A DNA stretch of 64,000 bases, from the NCBI RefSeq assembly GCF_030684315.1, contig NC_081365.1, positions 18,912,062-18,976,061 of the forward strand. Direction: 5' to 3'. Below, piece by piece: positions 53,820 through 64,000 of this stretch. A program made the position numbers and the translations under genes. The notes below the pieces were generated by a model. It saw nothing but the letters and a program-made list of their open reading frames with translations. It made no database searches and was not told the DNA's origin. How positions within the stretch are numbered: the stretch's first letter is position 1; every line of letters starts with the position of its first letter. This stretch comes from Stegostoma tigrinum (lineage: Eukaryota).

Positions 53820-53932
53820 GTTCTTAACAAGGGTCACTCGACCCAAAACATTAACCCTAGTTTCTCAGATGCAGCCAGATCTGCTGAGTTTTTCCTGCAA
53901 TTTCTGTTTTTGTTTCTGATTTACAGCATCCT
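53820..53932 (+). mobile_element. Family B PLE end fragment
   Basis: aagggtcactcgacccaaaacattaac degenerate hammerhead followed by family B 3' end. Confidence 0.6.
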
Positions 53933-54086
53933 TTCATTTCCTATTTTGTTCAGAGATGTTATTACACACTTTTGGAGCAGGTGGGATTTGAAACCACGTC
54001 ACTGGGTCCGGGGGAAGTGGCACTGCACCAGAACAGCCACTCGATTTTTAAAAATGTTTCTAACTGAAAAACACAATACTGAGGAC

Positions 54087-54178
54087 AAGGGTCTAGGCCC
54101 GAAACGTCAGCCTTCCTGCTCCTCTGATGCTGCTTGGCCTGCTGTGTTCATGCAGATCCACACCTTGCTATATCTTAT
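54087..54178 (+). mobile_element. PLE end fragment (family A/C-like)
   Basis: aagggtctaggcccgaaacgtcag followed by conserved 3' end. Confidence 0.75.
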
Positions 54179-54379
54179 AATAGTTAGGCCCGTGTGACAA
54201 ACAAAGTAAACTGACGAGTAAGGAGGGTGCGCTTCGGTACAAACGCCATTCTCAACATTAACCTGTTTTTCCTCTCCCCAAAGCTGATTGATTGGCCCGC
54301 TGTGACAGTTTTAACATTTGTTTTTATTTTGAATTTCCGCCAATGATCAAACCGGTCTGACAGCATTTCTCTCCCAAAA

Positions 54380-54580
54380 AGGAACTAAATAACGCTCGGA
54401 GCATGCGCGGGAGAGGTCAGGGTTTTTCTTCTCTTAACCAATCTGCGACGATTTCACTAAAGCTCAGCTACTCTCTCCCCCTTGCCGATGAAAGCGGAAT
54501 TGTGACTAGGCAGCGGCCTAATTATGCAAAGTAGTTACGCCGAGGGGTTGCCTCTGAAAGCCGCGCCCCCTTCGACAGAA
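54380..54580. promoter_or_regulatory. Intron-4 CpG-rich regulatory cluster
   Basis: GCATGCGCG, CCAATC, GCGGAA, ATGCAAAG and CTCF-like GCGCCCCCTTCGAC (54563-54576) within 200 bp. Confidence 0.4.
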
Positions 54581-54787
54581 AACCCAATTTATCATTTTTA
54601 ATACCTTTTACCCCAAAATAGCCCTCAAAATAAAAAAAATTGGAGAAACGCAGGAGATACACAATTTATTACAGTTTTTGAGAATAATTTTATTTTTAAA
54701 GCATTCCTATGTAAAATGCTGGATTAAAACTTTTCTTCCACTTAACAGTTATCTCGATAATTTATTTTTAATTATAGAATTACTTAC

Positions 54788-54847
54788 AAAGTTTTCATAG
54801 CTTCTGTGGTGTTCATTGCCTTCCCAGTCCAGGCGCTTTGGGAGCAG
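54788..54847 (-). CDS. BRWD1: BRWD1 coding exon 4 ([20 protein letters not shown])
   Basis: ttcag| acceptor, |GTAAGT donor, 60 nt; [13 protein letters not shown] matches BRWD1. Confidence 0.96.
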
Positions 54848-55086
54848 CTGAAAGAAAAAAAATAGGGGAGGGGGGAGGAAATATTATAAAAGGGGGGAAA
54901 ATGCGTTAAGTCTTTAAATTTCTACCTCAGGTGAGTTTTTTTTATTAATGCGGAGAGGGGGGAGAAAAAAAGAACCGTCAAATCAGATAGCATTAGAGTG
55001 ACATAAGAGGCCGAACAGGAGCAGCAAACGGAGTAAAGGACAAGAGAGGACGAGCTGAGCGGTCGCTGGTGTCTGCCGATACGCAC

Positions 55087-55116
55087 CTCTTTCTCCTCCA
55101 GCTCCTCCACCAGTAT
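55087..55116 (-). CDS. BRWD1: BRWD1 coding exon 3 (ILVEELEEKE)
   Basis: gcag| acceptor, GAG|GTGCGT donor, 30 nt, in frame. Confidence 0.93.
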
Positions 55117-55231
55117 CTGCCAGACAGGAAAACAACAAGAACAAGTTTAATCTCCGACATAATCACCGAAACCGTTTATATTTTACTGAAGGAACTTTTA
55201 TTATTTTTATGGTCTCGAATACACCACTCAC

Positions 55232-55290
55232 CTCCGCGGACTTTCGGCAAGGACCCGCCGAGAGAAAGCGAGCGATTAGGAAGTAGAGCT
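55232..55290 (-). CDS. BRWD1: BRWD1 coding exon 2 ([20 protein letters not shown])
   Basis: cttag| acceptor, GAG|GTGAGT donor, 59 nt; conserved ELYFLIAR motif of BRWD1/PHIP/BRWD3. Confidence 0.96.
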
Positions 55291-55398
55291 CTAAGAGGGG
55301 AACGAAAAAGAATACAAACCTCGTTTTTTTTAAACGTTGCTTTTTTGTTTGTAAAATAAAACAGTTGAGGCCGTCTTTTCTTCCAATGTTGTTCTTAC

Positions 55399-55447
55399 CT
55401 GATTCTAATAGAGAGACTTTAGGAGAGGTAGCGGTTGTCTCGGCCAT
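55399..55447 (-). CDS. BRWD1: BRWD1 coding exon 1 (MAETTATSPKVSLLES)
   Basis: aaaATGG start, G|GTAAGA donor; spliced peptide is collinear with human BRWD1 N-terminus ([24 protein letters not shown], recalled) rather than PHIP/BRWD3. Confidence 0.92.
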
Positions 55448-55589
55448 TTTTTTCCTTAATTTTAATTATATACTTAGATTTCAATGGTGGATTTTTAATA
55501 CATGATGTTCTTGTTTATAATTTATATATGTATATTTTCTTTAGAATAAATTTCTTTTGTATGTGTGTGTGCTTTTTTTTGAAAAAGGA

Positions 55590-55990
55590 TGTTGCCCCCG
55601 CCGCTGTTTCTCTGAGTCCCGGGCCCGGCCGCCTCCGGTCTCTTTAATCAAGATTTTCAGTCGCCATTGAGTGAGTGCTGAGGCCGGCTTCAAACCAAGT
55701 GTACACATGCGCGGAAGGAAAAGAGTTCCAGTCTGTGGGTGAAAGGGGGGAGGGGTGCGGCGGCAGGGGAAGAAACTGGTAATTTCAAATTTTTGTCACA
55801 TTTTGGACAAGGTGCCAATTATAGAAGAAAGGACAAAGAAAACGAAGGATGTGTGGTCATTGAGAGATGCTTTGATTTCTTTCTTTCACTTTTCTACCGC
55901 GCACACAGGTACATCGTTTGATGGGTTGAATGTAAAATGGAGTCGTGCTGATATTGATCCGCCCAAGATGGCGACACTGAGCAGTTTGCA
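55590..55990. promoter_or_regulatory. Probable BRWD1 promoter (CpG-enriched)
   Basis: CpG-rich stretch upstream of ATG; CATGCGCGGAAG (NRF1/ETS-like) near 55706; GC-box-like GGGGGAGGGGTG; YY1-type CAAGATGGCG at 55964-55973. Confidence 0.65.
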
Positions 55991-56943
55991 GATTGGTGTT
56001 TTGCCTGGTCTTTCTTCCTGTATATATTTTAAACATGTTTTCTTAGAGACTTAAATAGATATTCAAGTGGCCGGCATTGAAATATTCTGTATCCGGGATG
56101 CCGCTTTTTTTTAATCGTGTGTTTGTTTCTGATGAACTTTCTCTGACTCAATCTTTCAGACACAGAATGTTTCTAAATGTCTGTTTAAGTGTTTGCTTCG
56201 CAATGAAATACTTAAAAATTGGGGTAAAAAAGTACGTGTGCCTTTATATCCTGCCCAGTAGTTCCCGGTTTCATGTGTTGTGTGTGTGTGTGTGTCACTT
56301 CGTATATCTTTATTTATTTCCTGTTATCGATTATCAAAATTGCACGTTCCTGTCATTTTCCAATATTTTCGCCTTATGTACAACCTCACCAATCGCCTTC
56401 TGCACTTAACACTTTATGTGCCCGCATATTATATCCCAGTTTTTAGCAGCGACAAATTTATTCTGATTTTGGGTATTGGTCCCTTTTTGAATAACTTTTG
56501 TTGTGCAATCGAGTACGTTGTAGTTTCTGAAATTGCATAGGCGATTTGCAGATTCTCGCTGGTTAACAGTAAATAAGTTTGTTCTGATTTGTTTGTTGTG
56601 TTTTTTTTTGTGACACACTTAAACAAAAATATCAAAAGGGATATGCTCCCATTTTAAAGTTAAAGTGCCTTTAAAATCTTGTTTCACGAATTAAATATAG
56701 TTTTGATTTGGTTCTAGGCTGTGTTATCAGCTTTTGGCATTTTTAAATTGATGTTTCAGATGTAACAACACGAACTGATCTAAATAAGAACTAGGAAGAG
56801 GAGTCGAATAGAATAGAAATTTATTGTTACATGTACTTTGGTGTGAAAAATACAATGATAAATTTTATAATTCACCACACTACGGCACCTATATTAATGA
56901 CAGAACTCATACATAGTAATAAAAGCAAGTATAATTAAGTTCA

Positions 56944-57146
56944 GAAATAATGAACTGCAGATACTGGAGAATCCAAGATAACAAAGTATGAAGCTGGATG
57001 AACACAGCAGGCCAAGTAGCATCTCAGGAGCACAAAAGCTGACATTTCAGAGCTCTGATGAAGGGTCTAGGCCCGAAACGTCAGCTTTTGTGCTCCTGAA
57101 ATGCTGCTTGGCCTGCTGTGTTCATCCAGCTTCACACTTTGTTATC
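56944..57146. mobile_element. Miniature two-armed PLE (family A)
   Basis: TSD tataattaagttca at 56930-56943 and 57147-57160. Confidence 0.92.
57055..57082 (+). ncRNA. Minimal hammerhead ribozyme motif (family A)
   Basis: Intact core identical to 14814-14841. Confidence 0.8.
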
Positions 57147-57862
57147 TATAATTAAGTTCATCACGGTTCTGCTAACGTCACCTGGGCTCAGGCAAAGCCG
57201 ATGAAGGAGTACCCTGAAGACGCAGCTGGGACGAGATAGTGATTTCGGGGCAAGAAAGCCACGCCAGGGTCAGACCAGAAGCCCCTACCAAAGAAGGCCG
57301 CCACACCGGGTCACTGTAAACCACTGTCGCTGGGCTGGAGAAGTCTCCTTTCCCCCAAATGACACTTCTCTTGGCGCTGCTGCCAATCGGTCATCCATCC
57401 TTATAGCTGATGCTTCTGCTCCTTCATGTGCATGGGCCAAGCTGTGGTCCTGGTGCCTCAGTCCATACTGCAAGTCTTGGTCCAGGGCCTTCTCTTTGCT
57501 TGAAGGGAGACCCCAGGCTGGGTTGGAGCTGTATCTGGCTTGTCCTCATATTGCTGCCATCAGTGGCCTCCTCCTCCCAAATGCCTTTCACCAGGCTTTA
57601 AAGAAAAGAAACCAAATAAAGGCAATTCAATCCGTTGAGCCTGCTCCTCCATTTGATACAATCATAACTAATCTCATCTCGTCTTCAGCCCCATTTTCCT
57701 GCTCATTGCCTTTAACCCATTAGTAATTAAAAATGTCAAATCTCTTCCTCAGACTTATTTAATATCCTGGTCTCTGCTACACTCTGAAATAGTGAATTCA
57801 ACAGATTCAAGATTTTTTGGGAGAAGTCATTCTTCCTGGTGGTGAAGAAGGTCTGTGGGATA

Positions 57863-58242
57863 GGAGCAAATTACTGCAGATGGTGGAGATCACAGCTGGT
57901 CAGGCAACATTATGAAATAAAAGCAAGCTAATGTTTTGAATCTAGATGACTTCAGCATTAAAGTGAAGTGTGGAAGGAGCAGCATTTGTGCAATAGTGGG
58001 AAGGGTGGTTTGGAGTGCTGGGGGAGAAAGGATGTTGATAGTTCAGATCAAGTCTTCTCACATTCCAATCACTTAATCTGAACTGTCAAAATCTTTTCTT
58101 GCCCAGCACTACAAACCTCCCCTCCCACAATTGAATAAATGCTGCTCATTCAGTTCCCTTTAACTCTGATGAAGAGTCATCTAAACTCAAAATGTTAGCT
58201 TGCTTTCTTTCCACGGGTGCTGCCTGACCTGTGGTGATCTGC
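57863..58242. mobile_element. Old two-armed PLE (family B-like)
   Basis: Imperfect inverted arms; ctgatgaagagtcatctaaactcaaaatgttagc hammerhead-like remnant near 58166. Confidence 0.65.
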
Positions 58243-58990
58243 AAGGTATTCAGGATGTTTGCCTTCATTAGCCAAACCATAGAACATAGGAAAAGGGGAG
58301 TTCTTCTACAACTTGGAACACTAGTTCTGATCCCTACCCTATCAGAAGAGTGTGAGTGCACTGGAGAGGGTACAGAGGAGATTCTTCGGAATGTTGCCTG
58401 GATGAAAAGTCTCAGTTATGAGGAGACACCATATCGCTGGGTTTGTTTACTTTGAAGCAAAGGATGACAAGGGAGTATTTGATTGAGGCATACAAAATGA
58501 TGAGAGGCATAGGGAAAGTAGATAGTGATAATCTTTTCCCCATGACATGTGTTTAAGGTCAGAGGACATATAATGTGAGGAGCAAGTGGTTTAGAGGAAA
58601 GCTGAGAAAAAAATCTTTCACCCAATGAGTGCTAGAAATATGGAACGTGTTGCCTGAGAGAGCCATGGAGGCAGACACTGTCATAACATGTAAGAAGCAT
58701 CTGGATGAATACTTAAAATGCCAGGCCATATTAGGTTATGGACCATGTGCAAGTAAGTGGGATTGATATAGTTTGGTGAAATGTGAGGCTGGATGAACAC
58801 AGCAGGCCCAGCAGCATCTCAGGAGCACATGTGCTCCTGAGATGCTGCTTGGCCTGCTGTGTTCATCCAGCCTCAGATTTTATCTTGGAATTCTCCAGCA
58901 TCTGCAGTTCCCATTATCTTTGATATAGTTTGGTGTTTGTTAGTTGGCATAGACGTGGTAGGCCGATGGGCCTGTTTCTAAGCTCATGAT
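58243..58990 (+). mobile_element. CR1 LINE 3' fragment
   Basis: Degenerate C-terminal ORF2 and tail. Confidence 0.7.
58779..58919. mobile_element. Miniature loopless palindromic PLE (family A)
   Basis: Centre gagcaca|tgtgctc at 58829/58830; TSD ttgatatagtttggtg at 58763-58778 and 58920-58935. Confidence 0.93.
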
Positions 58991-59989
58991 TCATTTCTGT
59001 TTTAAATTTTCCACCCCTTAGCCTAAATCTATGACTTTGCATTCTAGATTGCCCCACATGGGGAATATCTGTTCTATGGCTATTTCATCCATCCCTTTAA
59101 TCTTATGTACCTCAATTAGATCTTCTCTCATGCTTCTTATAAACTGTAGTAAGTAGAGGATTGAACTGCACATAATCTCTCATCATAAGACAAGCACAAG
59201 ATTTTACTGCAAATATCATATCTGGTGAACCACTGCATTAATTGAACTTCATGCTTTTTTGAGCAGTAATAAACAAGAGAAAATGAATGTACTATCTTTG
59301 TGTGGTAGCAGCAAGTTCAGTTGAAGCATTCATGAAGGCATTTGTTAGATAATTTGGATAAAAAGAATGTGCAACTATCGGAGGGTGGGTATAAAGCAAG
59401 AGGTTGACATTAGGTAATGATGTTCATTTAACAAACTGGTACAGGCACAGTGGGTCTGAAGGGCCTCCTGCACCATAACACTTGCGAGATTCACTGAAAA
59501 GATGGCTGTAATTCCATGATGATTTTTATTTGAAAAGGGTTATTTCTGTCAAGATTCTCAAACCGTATTAAATTAACCTACTTAATTAATTAATAACCAC
59601 AAAACTGATTTACCTACATTTATCAATATGTTTGATATCCTGTTACCAGACATTTATAAACCTAAAGTGGAAGTAATGCAGTTCCTTTATGCCAACAGAA
59701 GTATATTAACATTGCTATCGCCTCAGAATTGATTACTGTATGTATTGTCTTTAATTTAATTAAACATATATTGGCACTTCACAGGCTTTTTCCGAAATAG
59801 AGTTTGAAAAACAACCTTTCCTCAAAACCATCTTTTTAAAATTTCTCATCAAGGCTGATCTGGTTATTTCTTTGTGGGATGACCAATTAGAGCAGAATTG
59901 TGAGTAGAAATTTGCGACAAATTGAGATAACCATATTTCACATATTTGATCTTCGTAGCAAGAGATAGTGATGTGGCCTGGATTAGATG

Positions 59990-62130
59990 CCACCAATGCA
60001 GCTACGTCCCTCCTCATGAAATGGGACCAAAATTGTACTCAGTACTCCTGGCATGGCATCACAAATGCCTTGTACAGTTGCAGCAACACCTTCCAATTTT
60101 TAAACTTTATTCCTTGAGCAATAAATGTCATAGTTCCATTTGCCGTCCTTGTTACCTGCTGTACCTGCATCCTAGTTTACTGTGATTCATGCATGAGGAC
60201 ACCCAGGCTGCTCTGTACCAAAGCATTATGAAGTTTTTCTTCATTTAGATAATAAGTTGCCTTTCTTTTCCACCACCCAAAATGGAAAACCTCTTATCCA
60301 CATTAAACTTCATCTGCCAAATTGTGGCCCAGTCACCTAACCTATCCATTAGCATTTATAAATTTATTTCTTAGAGTCAAGGAGTAATACAGCATGGGAA
60401 CAGACGCTTCAGTTCAACCAGTCCATGCTGACTATAGTCCCAAACTAAACCAGTCCCACCTGCCTGTGCTTGGCTAGTATCCCTCCAAACATTTCTTATT
60501 CATGTACTTATCCAAATGTTTTTTTAAACGCTGTAACTGTACCTGCATCCACCACTTCGTTTCAAAGCTCATTTCACACAGAAAGCATTCTCTACATAAA
60601 AACAATTGCCTCCATATCTTTTTTTTTAAATTTTCTCCTGTTACCTTAAAAACAGACCCCCGTCTTGAAAACCCCGACTATCTAAATTCCACATGGTCTT
60701 ATAAACCTCTAAGGTCACCAACAGGTGACCAAAACTGGACATAGTACTGCAGAAGAGGCCACACCAACGTCCTATACAACCCAACATAACATTCCAACTC
60801 CTAAAATCTTAAGGTCTGAGAAATGAAGACAAATGTGGTAAACACCTTCTTAACCATCCTGTCTATATATGATGCAAATTTCACAGAATTTTGTGTCTCA
60901 ACACCAGGTCTCTGTTTTACAACAATACCTAAGACCCTACTTTTAATTATCTAAGTCCCGCCTTGTTTGTTTTTATCAAAATGCAATACCTCACATTTAT
61001 CAAAATTAAACTCCATCTGACATTCTTCAGCCCATTGACTCAATTAATCTCTTTGTAACCATAGATAACCTTCTTCACTGTCCACAATTTTGGTGTCATT
61101 TGCAGACTTGCTAACCATATATTTTCATCTTAATCATTTGTATAAATGACAAACATAAGTGAACCCAGCACCAATCCCCGTGGAACACCGCTAGTTACAG
61201 GCCTCCAGTCTGAAAAGCAACCCTCCCCCCATCACTCTCTGTCTCCTGCCATTTAGCCAATTTTGTATCCAACTGACAAGCTTACCCTGAATTCTATGTG
61301 ATTTAACTTTACTAATTAGTCTACCATGCAGAACCTTGTCAAAGGTTTTACTAAAGTCTAAGTAAACAATGTCTACTGCTCTGCCCTCAACAATCTTCTT
61401 GGTTACTTCCTTTGCACTAGTTTTCTTTAAAACTTTACTTGTGTTTTTTTTTGTTACTTTTTTTTAGTAACCCTTTGTTGATCTTCAAAAGTTTCCCAAA
61501 CTTTTAGCCTGCCACTGGTCTTTGCAATATGTTATGCTGTATTTTTGCCTTTATATTATCTTTAAGTTCCTTGCTTAACCATGGATGGTTCCCCCCTCCC
61601 ACCTTACAATCTTTATTTCCTTTTTGAATATATTTTAGTCAGGAGCAATTGAGTACCTTCTTAAACATCTATGGGTCTTCAACTATCCTACTTTTTTGTC
61701 TTCTTGCTCAGTTCACGAAAGCCAAATCTTCTTCATGCCAATGTAATTACCATTATTTAACTCCAGGACACGATTATGGAACTTAAGTTATTCACTCTCC
61801 CACTGAATTTTGAATTTGTGCAAGTTACAATCACTCGTCACCAGAGGATCTTTTATTATGAGATCATTAATTCAGTCCACGTCATTACACAATACCAAAT
61901 CCAGAATTGCACGCTGTTTGGTTGGTTTCACCCCATATTGCTCCAAGAAACAATCTCCAAACCATTCATTGAATTTTCCCTTGAGGCTATCCTTGCCAGT
62001 TTGATTAATCCAGTCCATCTGCATATTAAAATCACTGATAATCATTGTTTTATCTTTGTTATAAGCTCCAGTAATTTCCTGGTTGGATATTGTGTCCCAC
62101 TACGCTACTACTGTCAGGGAACCTCTAGGT
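59990..62130 (-). mobile_element. Nested CR1 LINE fragments
   Basis: Reverse-strand DFSKTFDKV, SGVPRG, ANDTKI, QYYVQFWSP remnants. Confidence 0.75.
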
Positions 62131-62790
62131 TAGTCCCAGCAGGGATTTCTTTCCAATTCCCTATTCTTGTACAATCCCTCAATGCAATATGACATTTACA
62201 CGTTCTGTCCCTTCCTTTTACAATCTAGTAACAACCAGCTTCGTCACTAAATGGCACTCCTTCTTTAAAGTTATTTTTTAAATTTTCCATGCAGCTGAAC
62301 CCTCCCCAGCCACTTATCCATGCTTAAAAAATCTCAAGCAATCAGGACTCGTACCTAATATTCACATGTTCCACTTCATCCTCACACACCTATCAATGTT
62401 TTGCAGTTTGTACATGTTTGCAGAATTCAGCTATCATTTCATATTCTTGAAGCTAAACCTTGTTGACAAATCCATCACAGAGGCCATGGCAAAATTCAAA
62501 CCATCTCGGATAACAATGTTTTCTTAACATGAACCTCCTGACATCACATTTTCCCTACCTTCCAAAATTGTGTACAAACTTCATCTTGTGTGACCACAGG
62601 TCTAATTTTTCACACCTAAGTTATTTTATTCATTTATGCTGTCAATCCAAGAATTGCTGCTGGCCACACCAGGGAAAAAAAAATAGAATTTGAATTGGTG
62701 CAGATAGCCACCAGCCCAAATAATGATAGAAAATGTTGTGAAACTCAACACTTCTGGCAGCATTTGTAGAGAGAGAGGCAAGAGCTTCAG

Positions 62791-62973
62791 AGATAATGGG
62801 AACTGCAGATGCTGGAGAATCCAAGATAACAAAGTGTGGAACTGGATGAACACAGCAGGCCAAGCAGCATCTCAGGAGCACAAAGGCTGACGTTTCGGGC
62901 CTAGACCCTTCATCAGAGAGGGGGATGGGTAGAGGGTTCTGGAATAAATAGGGAGAGAGGGGGAGGCGGACCG
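62791..62973 (-). mobile_element. Single-arm family A PLE end nested in an older family B two-armed element (~62725-63220)
   Basis: TSD aagagcttcag at 62780-62790 and 62974-62984. Confidence 0.9.
62889..62916 (-). ncRNA. Minimal hammerhead ribozyme motif (family A)
   Basis: Intact core identical to 14814-14841. Confidence 0.8.
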
Positions 62974-64000
62974 AAGAGCTTCAGTCAGCTCCACTGAGAG
63001 CAAAATCATGCAAGCAGGACACTGGGTGGAGTGGCGGGGAAATATCAAAATAGAGCGGAGAATGCATGGTCCTTTCTTTTCAAAGAGTCTGAAGAAATCA
63101 TATTAGAATCAAACGTTTATATCCATTTCTCTGTTCATAGATGCTGCCAGACCTGCTGAGTTTTTCCAGCACTTTGTTATTATTTCAGATCTCCAGCATC
63201 TGCAGTACTTTGTTTTCATTTCAGATAATGGCATCTTATGTAACTTAGAATTCATTGTAGGGATGGAATTTTTTCGTGGTGCAATCAGGTATCTGGCTTC
63301 AGCTTGCTCCACTGAAGGACAAACACGTAGATGAGTTCTGCTACTGAAAACTCATGAAGAATGTTTGGTGGCACTCAGGAAGAAGTTGATGTGCATACAA
63401 ACTGAAATTCATGAAGCATTGGCAGGCCTGCCCGAAGGCCTGTTGTCATTGTCACTAAGCATGGAGGAATCCTGTTCCACTTTGGCTTTGGATTTTTTGG
63501 AGAGCTTGGAGCTCATCCTTTCTAACGTGACAATGATTGCCAACTCCATATAACTGAAGCCACTCAGCATCTGAGTGCTGCAATGGTACTTTAGACTAAA
63601 GTAATGAGATCCCTGCTTGCTACCTGAATGCCTGGCTTCTCACATGGGCTCAGACCATTTCCATCATAAATGGGGTTACCACTTCAAAAGTACTTGAAGG
63701 ATCAAGAGGCCATCAATTTGTCCTCGAGCAGATTACTAGAAGTGGTGAGGCATAGCTGTAAAGACATTGTGAGCAGGCAGTGAATTTGTGGTACTCAAGA
63801 CTGGTGTTCTCTTTCAACATGACAGTATCATGATGCCACATTGCTAGTGTCTTGTTAATGTTGTTATTCACCTAGCGTAGATTGCTACTAGCCATGCCAT
63901 AGGTGTTATAATTCAAAGGCAAGTTCTTAAGACCCAAAGCTGTTTGAGGTCTGGAAAGATATCTGTGGTTTCCTAGATTAAAAGTCAGCAGCCATCCACC

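Overview
Vertebrate genomic DNA, most likely a shark (inferred from HE1/V-SINE-like, DeuSINE-like, CR1 and Penelope-like repeat content). It holds the promoter and first 13 coding exons of BRWD1 on the minus strand (ATG at 55447, exon 13 at 3787-3885; 1244 coding nt in one frame, all GT-AG introns; the gene continues left of the window). Introns and upstream DNA are dense with retroelements: a Gmr1-like Gypsy LTR remnant (SCAN-like gag, integrase before RT), CR1 LINEs, a Tx1/L1-like and a Rex1/Babar-like remnant, SINEs, and about 19 Penelope-like element (PLE) insertions from several families, many with minimal hammerhead ribozyme motifs. The most striking pattern is that most PLE insertions, from ~110 bp to 3.2 kb, are two overlapping arms with RNA 3' ends pointing outward between 9-16 bp target-site duplications. 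One arm carries a terminal tail and the other usually starts ~30-40 nt further in, which suggests offset twin priming. Other notes: a candidate cassette/poison exon, local templated insertions and uORFs. Exon coordinates were counted by hand; boundaries of old repeats are approximate and family names come from recalled motifs, not database searches.
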